DNA of 64,000 nt, taken from NCBI GenBank assembly GCA_034226945.1, contig CP120460.1:806001-870000 (forward strand), in the 5' to 3' direction. The notes beneath the pieces are model-generated. The model made no database searches and was not told where the DNA came from. It saw only the letters and a program-made list of their open reading frames with translations. Source of the stretch: Picochlorum sp. SENEW3. Lineage: Eukaryota. Each line of letters starts with the position of its first letter. Position 1 is the stretch's first letter. The translations under genes and the position numbers were made by a program. Below, piece after piece: positions 11,287-21,605 of this stretch.

Positions 11287-12189
11287 TCAACAAGAAGATG
11301 TGCATTCACCATTAAGACAGCTGTTTAATGTTTGGTCCCAAACGGATGTTCCCGGAGGGTTACAGTTGCATTGCTCATCCGTTTGGCAGGGGTTATTTGT
11401 CCCTAGCACACACCCAGGGACACCACCTTGTGGGTTAGGGTCAATGGTGGGGGTCTGGGTGCCCGGGGTTGTGGGCCCAGGAGGACCAGAAGGCGCGGGA
11501 GGCATGGCCGGTACACCCCCTGAACTGGCATCGTTCGAATTCACTGCGGTTCCCAGCAAAAGGACATTGCTGAAGTCTCCACCGGAATCCTGTTGTAATC
11601 GTCTCCGCCCCCCAGACGAAGATCCATTATTAGCCACCTGAATTGATCCCTCGGCGGACACCACAAATTCCTCGCCAGACATTGTCAAAACCTCAAATGC
11701 TCCATCAGGAAGTGACGACACCGAAGCTACCCGGTACATGTGCATGGTGTCATCCTCCTCAGAAAACAGCAACGTTTGCATCGAACTCATCTGGAGATTG
11801 TCAAGAGTCTTGAGGTCTGAAGGCCGGAATGCGTTCACGGTCGTCCCCGAATGCATCAGACTGTCAGCACTGTCGCGAGCGTACAACACCCCGTCTTGCA
11901 CCTGCATTTGGGTGGTCAAGTGGACAGAGCCAAACACAAGCCCGCACACCACCGCAGACAGGCACACCATGGCAATAGTAATACCCAGAACTGAACGTCG
12001 AAGGACCTTGCGATCTCCTCCAGACTCGTGATCCGTCACCACCATGTCAACCAGGGCGTCCACAGACACCTGGCCATCGCTGCCTGCCACTTTTTCAAGC
12101 TTTGTGGCCACAGACCGAGGCAGCGTCCTGCACTCCAATACGTCTGCCAGAGCCACATGGCTCACAAATTCCGTCTGTTTCATGCTCAT
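11287..12189 (-). CDS. Uncharacterised type II membrane protein with RRLQ motif, Pro/Thr-rich linker and Cys-rich C-terminus
   Basis: 300-aa ORF with a TM helix (VLGITIAMVCLSAVVCGLVF), GRRRLQQ and a C-terminal six-Cys cluster. Confidence 0.75.
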   Translation of the reverse strand: MSMKQTEFVSHVALADVLECRTLPRSVATKLEKVAGSDGQVSVDALVDMVVTDHESGGDRKVLRRSVLGITIAMVCLSAVVCGLVFGSVHLTTQMQVQDGVLYARDSADSLMHSGTTVNAFRPSDLKTLDNLQMSSMQTLLFSEEDDTMHMYRVASVSSLPDGAFEVLTMSGEEFVVSAEGSIQVANNGSSSGGRRRLQQDSGGDFSNVLLLGTAVNSNDASSGGVPAMPPAPSGPPGPTTPGTQTPTIDPNPQGGVPGCVLGTNNPCQTDEQCNCNPPGTSVWDQTLNSCLNGECTSSC

Positions 12190-12497
12190 TCTGTATGTTC
12201 TTGGCTCGTAGATGGGTCACACACACAGGCACGGTGGTGCACGCAGAAACAATAGTGCGGGAATATCTTGCCACACGCACACTATTCTGCAATGCAAACA
12301 GATAGTAGTATTTATTTAATGTTAGGATGCCTGTTCATGGACCAATCCATAGGTACAGATTGCGTGCCAGCATGAAGATTCCTATCGATTGGCTGATATC
12401 AGCGCGCGGCTAGCCGCGGGGTTGGATACCCTCGCGAGGATCGCGCGATCGCCACCGCAGTCCAATTGCCCTTCTTCGATACGGTGGCAAGGTTTCT

Positions 12498-12830
12498 TTG
12501 GATGATCTGCTGCAGTGCAGAACGCTGCCTCGGGATGTAGGACGTCGCCTCCAGGAGTCTGCGGGCAGCGAGGGCCAGGTGACTGTGGACGCCGTGGTTG
12601 GGTTGTTGGTGGACGAGAGGCGTGCTGCGAATGATCGAAAGCTCACCCAATCCATCGTCATGCAGCTCCTTGTGGGGCTGGTGGTGCTCCTGGCGGCATT
12701 CGCAGGGTCCATCTACATGGTGGTGAAATTGGACAGCGTGGTTGGCAACGACAATGGGATCATGGTGAGCAGGTCGACTGGGCAGCCAGTGGCGGTTGCA
12801 TCCCTGCCCCTAAGAGCGATTTCAATGTGA
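12498..12830 (+). pseudogene. Truncated divergent paralog of the 11287-12189 membrane protein
   Basis: VSLDDLLQCRTLPRDVGRRLQESAGSEGQVTVDAVV...DRK aligns with VALADVLECRTLPRSVATKLEKVAGSDGQVSVDALV...DRK. No in-frame ATG start (TAG at 12411); it ends inside the duplicated block. Confidence 0.75.
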
Positions 12831-13178
12831 AAGAATCTTTGCTCCGATTCCATTGGAGGCCTGCAGGTCAGGCCAGGCTCGAGTTGAAGAACACGAATGC
12901 AGTCGACGAAGAATAATTTGGAATTCCAAACTTCGAAGCTATCCCGAATTCGGGCAGGGTGAGATTTCATCATCTCGTGGCATTGTGGGTTTCGTCACAC
13001 CAGAATCCATACAACATGGATCTTGATTCCTCTTCATCCACCTCTGTCATTTCAGAGAAGAAACATGCATCAGGTTTTATTTTGAAATTCTTTTATGCTT
13101 GAGACAATGCTCATCGAGATGCATACCCAGTTGTTGTCGTTCTGTGCATAACACGGAGTCCAACAATTCCAGGATCCA
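12795..13178 (+). repeat. Right copy of the direct duplication (matches 9021-9323)
   Basis: Direct sequence comparison; this copy overlaps the intact TauD stop codon. Confidence 0.95.
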
Positions 13179-13968
13179 ACTGTGTTTCTGGGCTTGCCTC
13201 GTGAGCTAAAGCAACATTATCAGATATAATGAAATCTCCTGGTTGCCACTTATGCCTATACCACAGCGTATCCTTGCAGTCAAGGATGGCGGATTCTAAT
13301 TCTCTCAAAAGTTGAGTTGTTTCTCGAGGATCAGTGAGCCTCTCTGCAGTGCTTCCCTTATCCCAAATGAATCCCGCAATCATTCCCAAATGGAAGCACA
13401 TTGTGTCCTGACCAGTGACGGGATGTTTGTATACAATTGGCTTTGCAGAGGTGTGCCTTCTATCGGAACACATGTGCAACCTTTCTAATCGAGCTCTATA
13501 GTCTGCGGGCATTGCGTCTAGAAATTCCTTCAGCGGCAAGAAGATTGTATCCCCCTTGGACGGGCAATTGATAATGTGATATAACGCATGAGAAAAAGGA
13601 CTGGGTTGGAAACTGCCATCCACATGCATTCCTGTTCGTCCGACATTGGTGCAGCCTTGGACTGGATCATTTGACACCCGAAACACATCTGGGTCTGGTG
13701 ACATTGGATGCTTGTAGAATGTGCTTTCAAGCGGCCCGAACCATGTTGATATTTCCACCTGCCTCCTACCTGGAACAATACTTTGGTCTCGAAACACTAC
13801 CAGCCTCGCCTCTGTCACGAGCTTTTGAATATGGCACTCAATCTCGTTGCTCACTGGGCTGCTCAGAGTTGGACCCGTCACTTGAACGCCGAAAACACTC
13901 CCCTTGAGTGGGGAAACCTTGAAGTTCTTCGTCGAGAAGATGGAACAGATTTTCTCGACTGAATTCAT
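13111..13968 (-). CDS. TauD/TfdA-family Fe(II)/2-oxoglutarate dioxygenase
   Basis: LVVFRDQ, HVD (HxD), HPVTGQ, HKWQPGDFIISDNVALAH and RVMHRTT. Intronless. Confidence 0.88.
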   Translation of the reverse strand: MNSVEKICSIFSTKNFKVSPLKGSVFGVQVTGPTLSSPVSNEIECHIQKLVTEARLVVFRDQSIVPGRRQVEISTWFGPLESTFYKHPMSPDPDVFRVSNDPVQGCTNVGRTGMHVDGSFQPSPFSHALYHIINCPSKGDTIFLPLKEFLDAMPADYRARLERLHMCSDRRHTSAKPIVYKHPVTGQDTMCFHLGMIAGFIWDKGSTAERLTDPRETTQLLRELESAILDCKDTLWYRHKWQPGDFIISDNVALAHEASPETQLDPGIVGLRVMHRTTTTGYASR

Positions 13969-14218
13969 GAATACAAGTATAGATCTACGGGTTCGCCACG
14001 TATGACTGCACGCCTTGATCACCCAGCTGGGTAGTGATTTAATGTTTTAATGTTGGAAGACAAGCTGCTCTTGAAGCAATGCCGTCGTGATAGTACCTCA
14101 ATGCGCCATTAATTATATAACATTTTATATCTTGGAGCGTTGTAGATAGAGATATATCCCAATTAGCCTTTAGAAGGGGACGAAACAGCGCATGCCATTG
14201 TAGTCACTTGTAACAAAC

Positions 14219-15295
14219 ATGCCTTTGGTCGTCTTGAGTGGGAATCCTTCCTCTGGGAAGAGTACTATAGCTGTATGCATACAAGAAGAATGTAAAAAGA
14301 TGGGTGTTGTGTCTGATGTGGTGTCAGAAGAGAGTCTGAGATTGGATAGAAACTCTTGCTACAAGGGTACGTTTGCCAAGTGCTGGCAGTCCTCTGGGGA
14401 CGCATTGATGCTCATATTCGTCTTGTTGCAGATGTCATACAAGAGAAGATGACTCTAGGGGTACTCCGATCTGAAATAGCACGGAAACTGGACAAGAATA
14501 CTGTTGTGATATTTGACTCTCTCAACTTGATCAAAGGGTATCGATATGAAGTTTGGTGCTTGGCAAAGGGGGCGTCTACACGGTGCTGTGTGGTTCATGT
14601 AGATACACCTGTAGATGTATGCAGGGAATGGAATGCTGCGAGGGGTGAGATTGGGTATCGGGAAGAGATATTCAATGACCTGGCAACGAGGTTGGAACGA
14701 CCTGATTCCAAGAATAGATGGGAGGCACCCCTGTTTGAGGTGTGCCCAGTGCTTGGCGAGGAACGAATGATAGATGTGTGTGCAGAAGTGGCTTCATATT
14801 CGAATCCAAACAGGAATCAAACAAAGGCAATGCAAGAGGGTGATAGCAATGGTACGAGAACAGCAGCACAGCCCAAGGTATGGGACCTGACACCGGGATT
14901 GGCAACATCCAAGACAGAACTATCATGTACGTACAATGTATGACTGCACTGACGCATGCATGTAGTAGAAAGTAAGATTCTTTACTGATTTTAATTCGTA
15001 TGCAGCGACAAATTTGCTTCATGACATTGACAAGGAGCTACAGGCTGTAGTCAAGCATATAATCCAGGCACACAGCGAAGCCGGTGGCTCTGCACCAGGT
15101 ATCATTAGATTTGGGCCAGATGTGCCGACATTGCATGTTACAAGACCACTAACAGTTCCAGAACTTGGGAGATACAAACGAATGTTTTTAAAACTGGTGA
15201 CAAATAATACACTGCATCGGAAGTACACCAATGCTGGTTCTATAAAACCAGTTTTTATAAATTATATAAAGGAACAGCTTCATGGAGAATTGTAA
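14219..15295 (+). CDS. KTI12: KTI12 (Elongator-associated P-loop protein)
   Basis: MPLVVLSGNPSSGKST, DSLNLIKGYRYEVWCLAK and RLERPDSKNRWEAPLF. Introns 14367-14431 and 14927-15005. Confidence 0.93.
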
Positions 15296-15301
15296 CGCGT
15301 A

Positions 15302-15925
15302 CTATGACGAACCATCTACTCGTGGTCTTTTAAACGATGACTTTTTCTTCCACAGTGGTCCGTCCTTGTTTGCTCTATACCTGTCATGCAGCGTTGAACT
15401 CAGCGCTGCTGCATTGAACAATCCCAGCTCTTCATTGGACAGCTTTGCTTGTATATCCGATGCGTCAGCATTGCTATCTAGTGTCGGTGCTTTTGTCAAC
15501 AGCTCTCTATATCGATCAGCGTATGCTTTGGCTATGAATTCTGGGAAACTGTCATCTCCATGACCTGTTGCTACCATTGCAGAATGAACTTTGTGGGCAA
15601 CAGTGTAAAAATGGTTACATCGCACTTTCAGGCTTTCGCATCCAGGTCCTGCCCGTAGCTTTCTCCTCATATGGTCTTTGAAATAGATGGGCAGGTGAAC
15701 TTCCAGCAACTGCCGCTTCGCCATCACCTGGACCATCCAGAGGGGCAAATCCACAAGGGTCCCAGGTGCCAAGTCATCCAAATCTGCACCAGGATCCAAC
15801 ACACGGCCCACACCAGTGCATCCATGGCGTAGTGTACAAGGCACTGTACTCTCTTCGCTCATTATACTGTCGATATCGTAGTAATCAAATCCCTCAGGCA
15901 CAGATTGTGGGTCCAGCGCAGCCAT
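15302..15925 (-). CDS. PSF3: GINS complex subunit Psf3
   Basis: DYYDIDSIMSEE, GTLVDLPLWM, HFYTVA and KLSNEELGLF. Confidence 0.85.
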   Translation of the reverse strand: MAALDPQSVPEGFDYYDIDSIMSEESTVPCTLRHGCTGVGRVLDPGADLDDLAPGTLVDLPLWMVQVMAKRQLLEVHLPIYFKDHMRRKLRAGPGCESLKVRCNHFYTVAHKVHSAMVATGHGDDSFPEFIAKAYADRYRELLTKAPTLDSNADASDIQAKLSNEELGLFNAAALSSTLHDRYRANKDGPLWKKKSSFKRPRVDGSS

Positions 15926-15941
15926 GATGTGATGCACACCC

Positions 15942-16405
15942 TTATCCTAGTACCTCTAAAATACTCTGAAGGTCTTCTTCTGTTATTCTCGAGTCTAATA
16001 TGGCCTGCTCCACGCACAGAAATGCCTCCAATACCGTCTTCGGACTGTGATTCAACAACTGCAGTACTTCCTCTTTCGTCAACTGATACCTCTCCTTGAG
16101 CGCGTTCACCTTTGCCAGCAGCTCTTTCCTGGTATTTTCGATACTATCGGCCTTTCCCACACCCTCTTCGCCTGCTAAACTCTCTAAAACCTTGGTATCA
16201 GATGGACTCTTTTCTTTCTGAGACTGCAGAATAGCCACCACTTCAGAATTCGTCAACAACTCCTGCTCCTGGTCGCGTCGATCATCACTACAACATTTAA
16301 AAACAAGTATTCCTGTGAATCATAGTGTCGGATGCTTGAACGATACCATGGTGTGAAAACAGCCAACTAACAAAAAAAAAATAACAACTTGACTCACAAT
16401 GCCAT
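15942..16405 (-). CDS. RPC9: RNA polymerase III subunit RPC9/C17 (Rpb4 family), 117 aa
   Basis: Exon 1 16398-16405 and exon 2 15942-16287 give MAFDDRRDQEQELLTNSEVVAIL...LTKEEVLQLLNHSPKT...RITEEDLQSILEVLG. Confidence 0.8.
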
Positions 16406-16802
16406 TTGTTTCTTCGTTCTCTCGCGCAGGCATGAGACTCCACCGTCTTCTAGTCTAATGTCTACTCTACTTTGAGTTACATTTGTGGACTGGTCGGGAT
16501 GGGATGAATCGGAGCAATGGTCAGCAAACTTTTCATGGAAATTTTATATCCTTTTTAGGGAGACAACGTCATTTCTCGTCGTATCAATCAAGGAAGCTTC
16601 TCGCTGGAACAGGTATGGAAAACCGAATATATACAACTAAGATTACTTTTGTGTGTATCCATTCATGGTACTCGTGTGGAAGGATGGGTACAAGCGTGAT
16701 CAAATTCGTTTAGAAAATGCCATCTAGATTACCTTTCCGGCACCTATTCACGCCTATAGTACACTAAAGGAGAATTATTTGGTTTGATATAGACATATCA
16801 AT

Positions 16803-19800
16803 ATGATGAAGTCATTTAGAATATCTCGGAAGCCATCTGTAAAGGCAGGGAACGCTCCTCAGGAGCAGGGAGACCCAAAGGACGTGGATACAGCGCCGCG
16901 TGAAGAGAAGGAAGAGATTCCCAAGTTTTTGGCTCAGGATGTGAATGCTGGTGGTATGTCAATACTTAAAAAGAAGGCAACTACGGATAAAGTGGAAAGG
17001 CTGGTGTTTCATCCCACGAATTCCATGGTGGCTGTTGTGGACAGGGGTGCCAAGGTGATGGTTTGGGACTATGAGGCTGACGATGTTGTGTATATCAACC
17101 AGGCGGGGGGTGTCGACGAAGGCGCTATTCAGGAGATTTTGTTGAGGAAGAAAGCGGAGAGGCATTCTGCGTTGATAAATGATGTCGTGCAAGAGGGCAC
17201 TGGAAAGGCAAAGAATGACTTTCAGTATCAGATGAAGAGCGTTCCATCGGGTAGAGTTAACGACATTGCATTTTTGGATAGACATACATGTTTGTGGCAA
17301 CAAGGGTATCAGGAGTCACTAGGTGGCAATTCGTTGGACTCTTGTCGAGGTATTTCAGATTTGCAGCAGGGTGACCTGAGGGAATTGGGGAAGCATTGTT
17401 GGCTCATAACAGCCACAGAGAACAAGGTGTCTTTTCACGACATGGCGTCTTCGAGTACCGCCGATTTTTCGCGACAGATGTACTTTGAATCAAAAGAACC
17501 CACGAAGCTGGCGGTTCTTGTGTATAATTCGCTTAGTCTTGTTGGGAGGCAAGCAGAGCAGGTGAGTGCCAGTGCTGCGCAACACATGCAGGGGGTGTCT
17601 CCTCTGGTAGCCGTCGGAACGAGCTCTGGATCGATATATTTATTGCATGTTGGATCTGGAACTGTCGTAGCAAAATGCTCTGGAGCTCACGGGAAGCCTA
17701 TCACGTGCCTTCAAACAATTGGACCTGCCCATCCTGGAGGCCCAGACAGGTTGGTATCTGGATCTGCGGATGGTACAATTGCAATTTGGGATCCATCTCG
17801 TTCTGCAAAAACATTTGATAAAGGATCTGCATCGTCCATTCAACCAGTGAAATCTTTCAAGGCGCATGATGGAGGTATATTTGACATGGGCTTGTTTGGA
17901 CTTCAAGTTGTTGGTAAGAATGGATTGCTCGCTGTTCAACCCTATATTGCATCTGTGGGGGCTGATAAGCAACTGTGCGCTTGGAATGCCAGTACATGGA
18001 ATCGTGATCATATGCCGCTACAAGTTTTACCCAAAGATTGTTTGGTTTCCGTGGGATCCACAATGCGGGCAGGAATAGGTCTCGGTTCGACAATGCCTCT
18101 TGTTGGTGTGTCTGACAAGTCTTGCTGTGTTTTTGCGTTGGATCCGAAGGAATCGAAATTCAATGTCCTCATCAATGTTGAAAGCATGATTGACAAAGGG
18201 GACAAAAAGCGGCCTAAGATTTATCGTATGGCAGTGAGTCCCAGCAAGCCCAGTATTGTTGGGCTTGCAACCAATACCAGTGTCGTGATTCTCAAGGATT
18301 ATACAAGCGCTATGATCCCATCATCGGTGTCTTTAGTATCTCAGAATATGTTTTCGGAGTCATATATGAAATTGAAAGAAAATAGCAAACCAGCTGAGGA
18401 AGAGGAAGCAGAGGGCGAAAAGGAACCCATCAGGATTCCCCCAGGACTGCTCTCTATTAATGTCGTAGATGGCAAGCTCGTTTCTTCCCTCTATAAAATG
18501 GATATGGACAAGAATATAGATTCCAAAGATAGAACAATGCATTTGGAAAATGTTGGGTCATTGATTCTTGCGAATTTGGATTTTCCAGTCCAGGAGGATA
18601 CAAGAATCGAGAGTAGTCCATCTGGGCGGTATATATCAGTCGTATGGCCAAAATTGAATCAATACTCTGTGTATGGGTATTGTTCAAAAGGAATTGAATC
18701 CTCTTGGCGTCTGATTGACAGTGGAGAAGGAAGCCAGCTGGTCTGGTCGACCACTGCACCAATTTATGCAGTTTTGAAGGTCGCCTCAGTGCCTTTGGCC
18801 ACAGCCTTTGAGCCAGCGCCTATGCAGATGATGTACTCACAAAATGAGGTGGCTGATGCTGTGCCATCAGTTCCGGCTGAAAATCAAGACAAGGACAAGG
18901 ATGTTGATACGACAGAAGATGCTACAGAACCAGCACAGCCAGAAGAAAGGATAGTGCCAGAAGAAAGGACAGTGCCAACTCAGACAGAACTGGATGTCTC
19001 TGGAAATGTCATTGTCCATGCTATTGAAGACTCTGAAGAGCCAAAGTATATCGGCTCGAGTGAGATATCGCTCGGAGATGGCCAACCTGTGAAAATCTTT
19101 GGGGGTTCTCTGTTAGGCATATCAGCATCTGAGCCATCATCAAAGCCATCGCTGCGATTTTTTAGTTGGGTAGATTTCTCACCCGTTGGCTCGAACATTC
19201 CCAGTCCAAACTGGATATCATGGGATCCGGAGTCAACAATGTGCGCTCTGGGATACGACTCATCTATTCAAATGTGCGCCGTATATCCCCATTTCCACTG
19301 CTTTGCATCCCTAGGTATTGGCCAATCTGAGTCAGCTTTTTGGCAACCAAGACAGTTGTATGTCTCCACACCAACGTCGATCAATGCGATTTTCACTGAT
19401 TCTAGGGAAAGCTATGTCGAAGTCATTTGTCTCGCGGACTTCAATGGGCAAAACAAAGGCACTCAAAGTCAGAAACAAGGGTATGTGTTTGGCCATAAGA
19501 GGCTGAGGCCATCGGGACCAGTCAGGCTTGTTGGCACTAAACACAGTTACCTTGTGGTCCAAGACTCGCTAGAGAGGCCATTTTTAGTTTCCTTACGAAG
19601 TTATGGGCTACGATCTCGTAGTGTGGCAGCGAAAGGTGATATTGATACCGCAGTCACGTTGGCAGCAAAGTATGTCAGACCAGTGCTGCACGATGGAACC
19701 GCTCAATGCCTTCTCGCCATGGGATCGGATAGGGACTTTGAGAAAGTCCTTAACCTTCCTGGCCTTAGCCCTGAAATGAGGATATCAATAGCCATTAGAC

Positions 19801-20645
19801 ATGGAGATTGGCACAGCGCTGCAAGGGCATTCCAGGCACATTCGTTAGGTGTCAATGACACAATATATTCAAACCTGATCAACGAACATGTTGAAGCCCT
19901 GTCTCCCTCTACAATGCTTCAAAGCCCTATGGCAATTGGAGAGAGAAATATGGCAGCGGTGAGCAATATTTTAGAAGAAGAAGCTGCTGCGTACACCTTT
20001 GAAGACAAGGAGAGGATGCAAGGCAGTGACACAGCATCAGAGGCGTATAGCTCAGCCTCCTCCTCAGAAGCCGAAGACGTCATCGCAGAAGAAGAAGAAG
20101 AAGAGTATGTTGATCCAATTGACTGGAACTCCTGGAGGGAAACCGAGGAAGAAACTGAGGAAGAATCTCAGCACACAGACGGCATGCGAGACCGATCAAT
20201 ACACAGCAGTGTCCCAATTTTGGATCGCACTGAAATCATTAGGATTCTAGAATCCGTAGACCTTGGCCTCGAATTATCCTCCATAGCGCTAGATGGACAT
20301 GGTGAATCTGCTCGGCAGATTCTCTCCGCCTTGCTAGCGTATTCATCGTCCATTTCACAAGATCGCTTGGAGACTCTTGTGGATCACATGGTCATGTGCA
20401 ATATGACTGAAAGTTTGAGAAACCTCTGGTCCGTCACAAGTTCGACGTCCGCAGCTTCACAAAACGCTTCTGTTGCTTCCATCTTGGCAGCATCCATTGG
20501 TGGTTTGAGGGATACAAACATGGTAGAATCCCTCAAAGACGCTGGCCTGTATCCCCTCGCCTTTCTCTATGCAGCCGTATGGGGACAGGGCAACCCAGAC
20601 CACATTGAATCGTTATGGAGAGAACAACTGCGCCACTACTCATAA
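16803..20645 (+). CDS. Large WD40 protein, TWD40-1-like (TSET/TPLATE endocytic complex)
   Basis: N-terminus KVERLVFHPTNSMVAVVD...VWDYEADDVVYINQAGGVDE resembles plant TWD40-1 (KIQVHPTHPW...VWNWEHRQVIYELKAGGVDE). WD repeats such as LVSGSADGTIAIWD. Confidence 0.75.
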   Translation: MMKSFRISRKPSVKAGNAPQEQGDPKDVDTAPREEKEEIPKFLAQDVNAGGMSILKKKATTDKVERLVFHPTNSMVAVVDRGAKVMVWDYEADDVVYINQAGGVDEGAIQEILLRKKAERHSALINDVVQEGTGKAKNDFQYQMKSVPSGRVNDIAFLDRHTCLWQQGYQESLGGNSLDSCRGISDLQQGDLRELGKHCWLITATENKVSFHDMASSSTADFSRQMYFESKEPTKLAVLVYNSLSLVGRQAEQVSASAAQHMQGVSPLVAVGTSSGSIYLLHVGSGTVVAKCSGAHGKPITCLQTIGPAHPGGPDRLVSGSADGTIAIWDPSRSAKTFDKGSASSIQPVKSFKAHDGGIFDMGLFGLQVVGKNGLLAVQPYIASVGADKQLCAWNASTWNRDHMPLQVLPKDCLVSVGSTMRAGIGLGSTMPLVGVSDKSCCVFALDPKESKFNVLINVESMIDKGDKKRPKIYRMAVSPSKPSIVGLATNTSVVILKDYTSAMIPSSVSLVSQNMFSESYMKLKENSKPAEEEEAEGEKEPIRIPPGLLSINVVDGKLVSSLYKMDMDKNIDSKDRTMHLENVGSLILANLDFPVQEDTRIESSPSGRYISVVWPKLNQYSVYGYCSKGIESSWRLIDSGEGSQLVWSTTAPIYAVLKVASVPLATAFEPAPMQMMYSQNEVADAVPSVPAENQDKDKDVDTTEDATEPAQPEERIVPEERTVPTQTELDVSGNVIVHAIEDSEEPKYIGSSEISLGDGQPVKIFGGSLLGISASEPSSKPSLRFFSWVDFSPVGSNIPSPNWISWDPESTMCALGYDSSIQMCAVYPHFHCFASLGIGQSESAFWQPRQLYVSTPTSINAIFTDSRESYVEVICLADFNGQNKGTQSQKQGYVFGHKRLRPSGPVRLVGTKHSYLVVQDSLERPFLVSLRSYGLRSRSVAAKGDIDTAVTLAAKYVRPVLHDGTAQCLLAMGSDRDFEKVLNLPGLSPEMRISIAIRHGDWHSAARAFQAHSLGVNDTIYSNLINEHVEALSPSTMLQSPMAIGERNMAAVSNILEEEAAAYTFEDKERMQGSDTASEAYSSASSSEAEDVIAEEEEEEYVDPIDWNSWRETEEETEEESQHTDGMRDRSIHSSVPILDRTEIIRILESVDLGLELSSIALDGHGESARQILSALLAYSSSISQDRLETLVDHMVMCNMTESLRNLWSVTSSTSAASQNASVASILAASIGGLRDTNMVESLKDAGLYPLAFLYAAVWGQGNPDHIESLWREQLRHYS

Positions 20646-20707
20646 CAATATACATAGGTTCTTGTTATTACATTTTAATTGCAAAGCACGATACGTGATC
20701 ACCATGT

Positions 20708-21507
20708 TCATGAAGATCCACAGCAAGAAGACTTCTTCTGCGCATCAGGAACAGCATCCGTCACCTTGATGGATGTCCCGCTCGTTGGAGCAGCCACCCC
20801 TTCATCAGACGTTAATGCCTTCTTTGACAAAATATGATAAATCTCTGTCAGAATAATCTGGAACGCTTCCTCTACATTTGTTGCCTCCAACGCAGATGTC
20901 TCAATGAAAGAGAGCCCTTCCTTCTCACAGAATGCCTTGGCATCCTCCGTCTGCACCGACCGCAAGTGACGAAGATCACTCTTGTTCCCCACCAACATGA
21001 TCACAATATTGCTGTCAGCATGATCTCTGAGCTCCTTCAGCCAGCGCTCTACATTCTCAAACGTCACCTGCTTGGTAATATCATACACAAGCAACGCCCC
21101 CACTGCTCCCCTGTAATACGCACTGGTAATTGCTCTGTAACGCTCTTGCCCAGCTGTATCCCAAATCTGAGCCTTGACAGTCTTTCCATCCACCTGGATA
21201 CTTCTCGTTGCAAACTCAACCCCAATGGTCGACTTGCTCTCCAAAGAAAACTCATTCCTGGTGAATCGACTGAGCAAGTTGGACTTTCCTACTCCAGAAT
21301 CCCCAATGAGGACAACTTTGAACAAATAATCATAACTGCGCGCAGTCACAGTAGATACACAGTGAGAACAGAATTGCCCGAGCGGCGAGGACGTTGCGGA
21401 TCACCAACACCCCCAAGGGTCATTACAAATACCCTCCAGTATAGTTTTTGGCATAAAAGTGACATGAAAATAGTATATACGTACTCGTCATCTGGTTTTG
21501 GCACCAT
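20708..21507 (-). CDS. RAB11: Rab11/RabA small GTPase
   Basis: [37 protein letters not shown] and C-terminal CC. Short first exon (MVPKPDD) and intron 21337-21484. Confidence 0.96.
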
Positions 21508-21605
21508 GGTGTCTGTTTCTGTTACGAGTCGCGCTGATCGATCGATCAATCAAATAAAGACACGTTGGGTGTATTCTATATGTAACAATTCGAATATATA
21601 TTATT

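Noticed and set aside
9021..13178. LTR retrotransposon interpretation of the direct repeats
   Set aside because: No TG...CA ends, PBS/PPT or gag/pol, and the repeat contains the end of a host gene.
18939..18978. 18-bp tandem repeat (PEERIV/PEERTV) in the WD40 gene
   Set aside because: Short in-frame duplication in a disordered loop.
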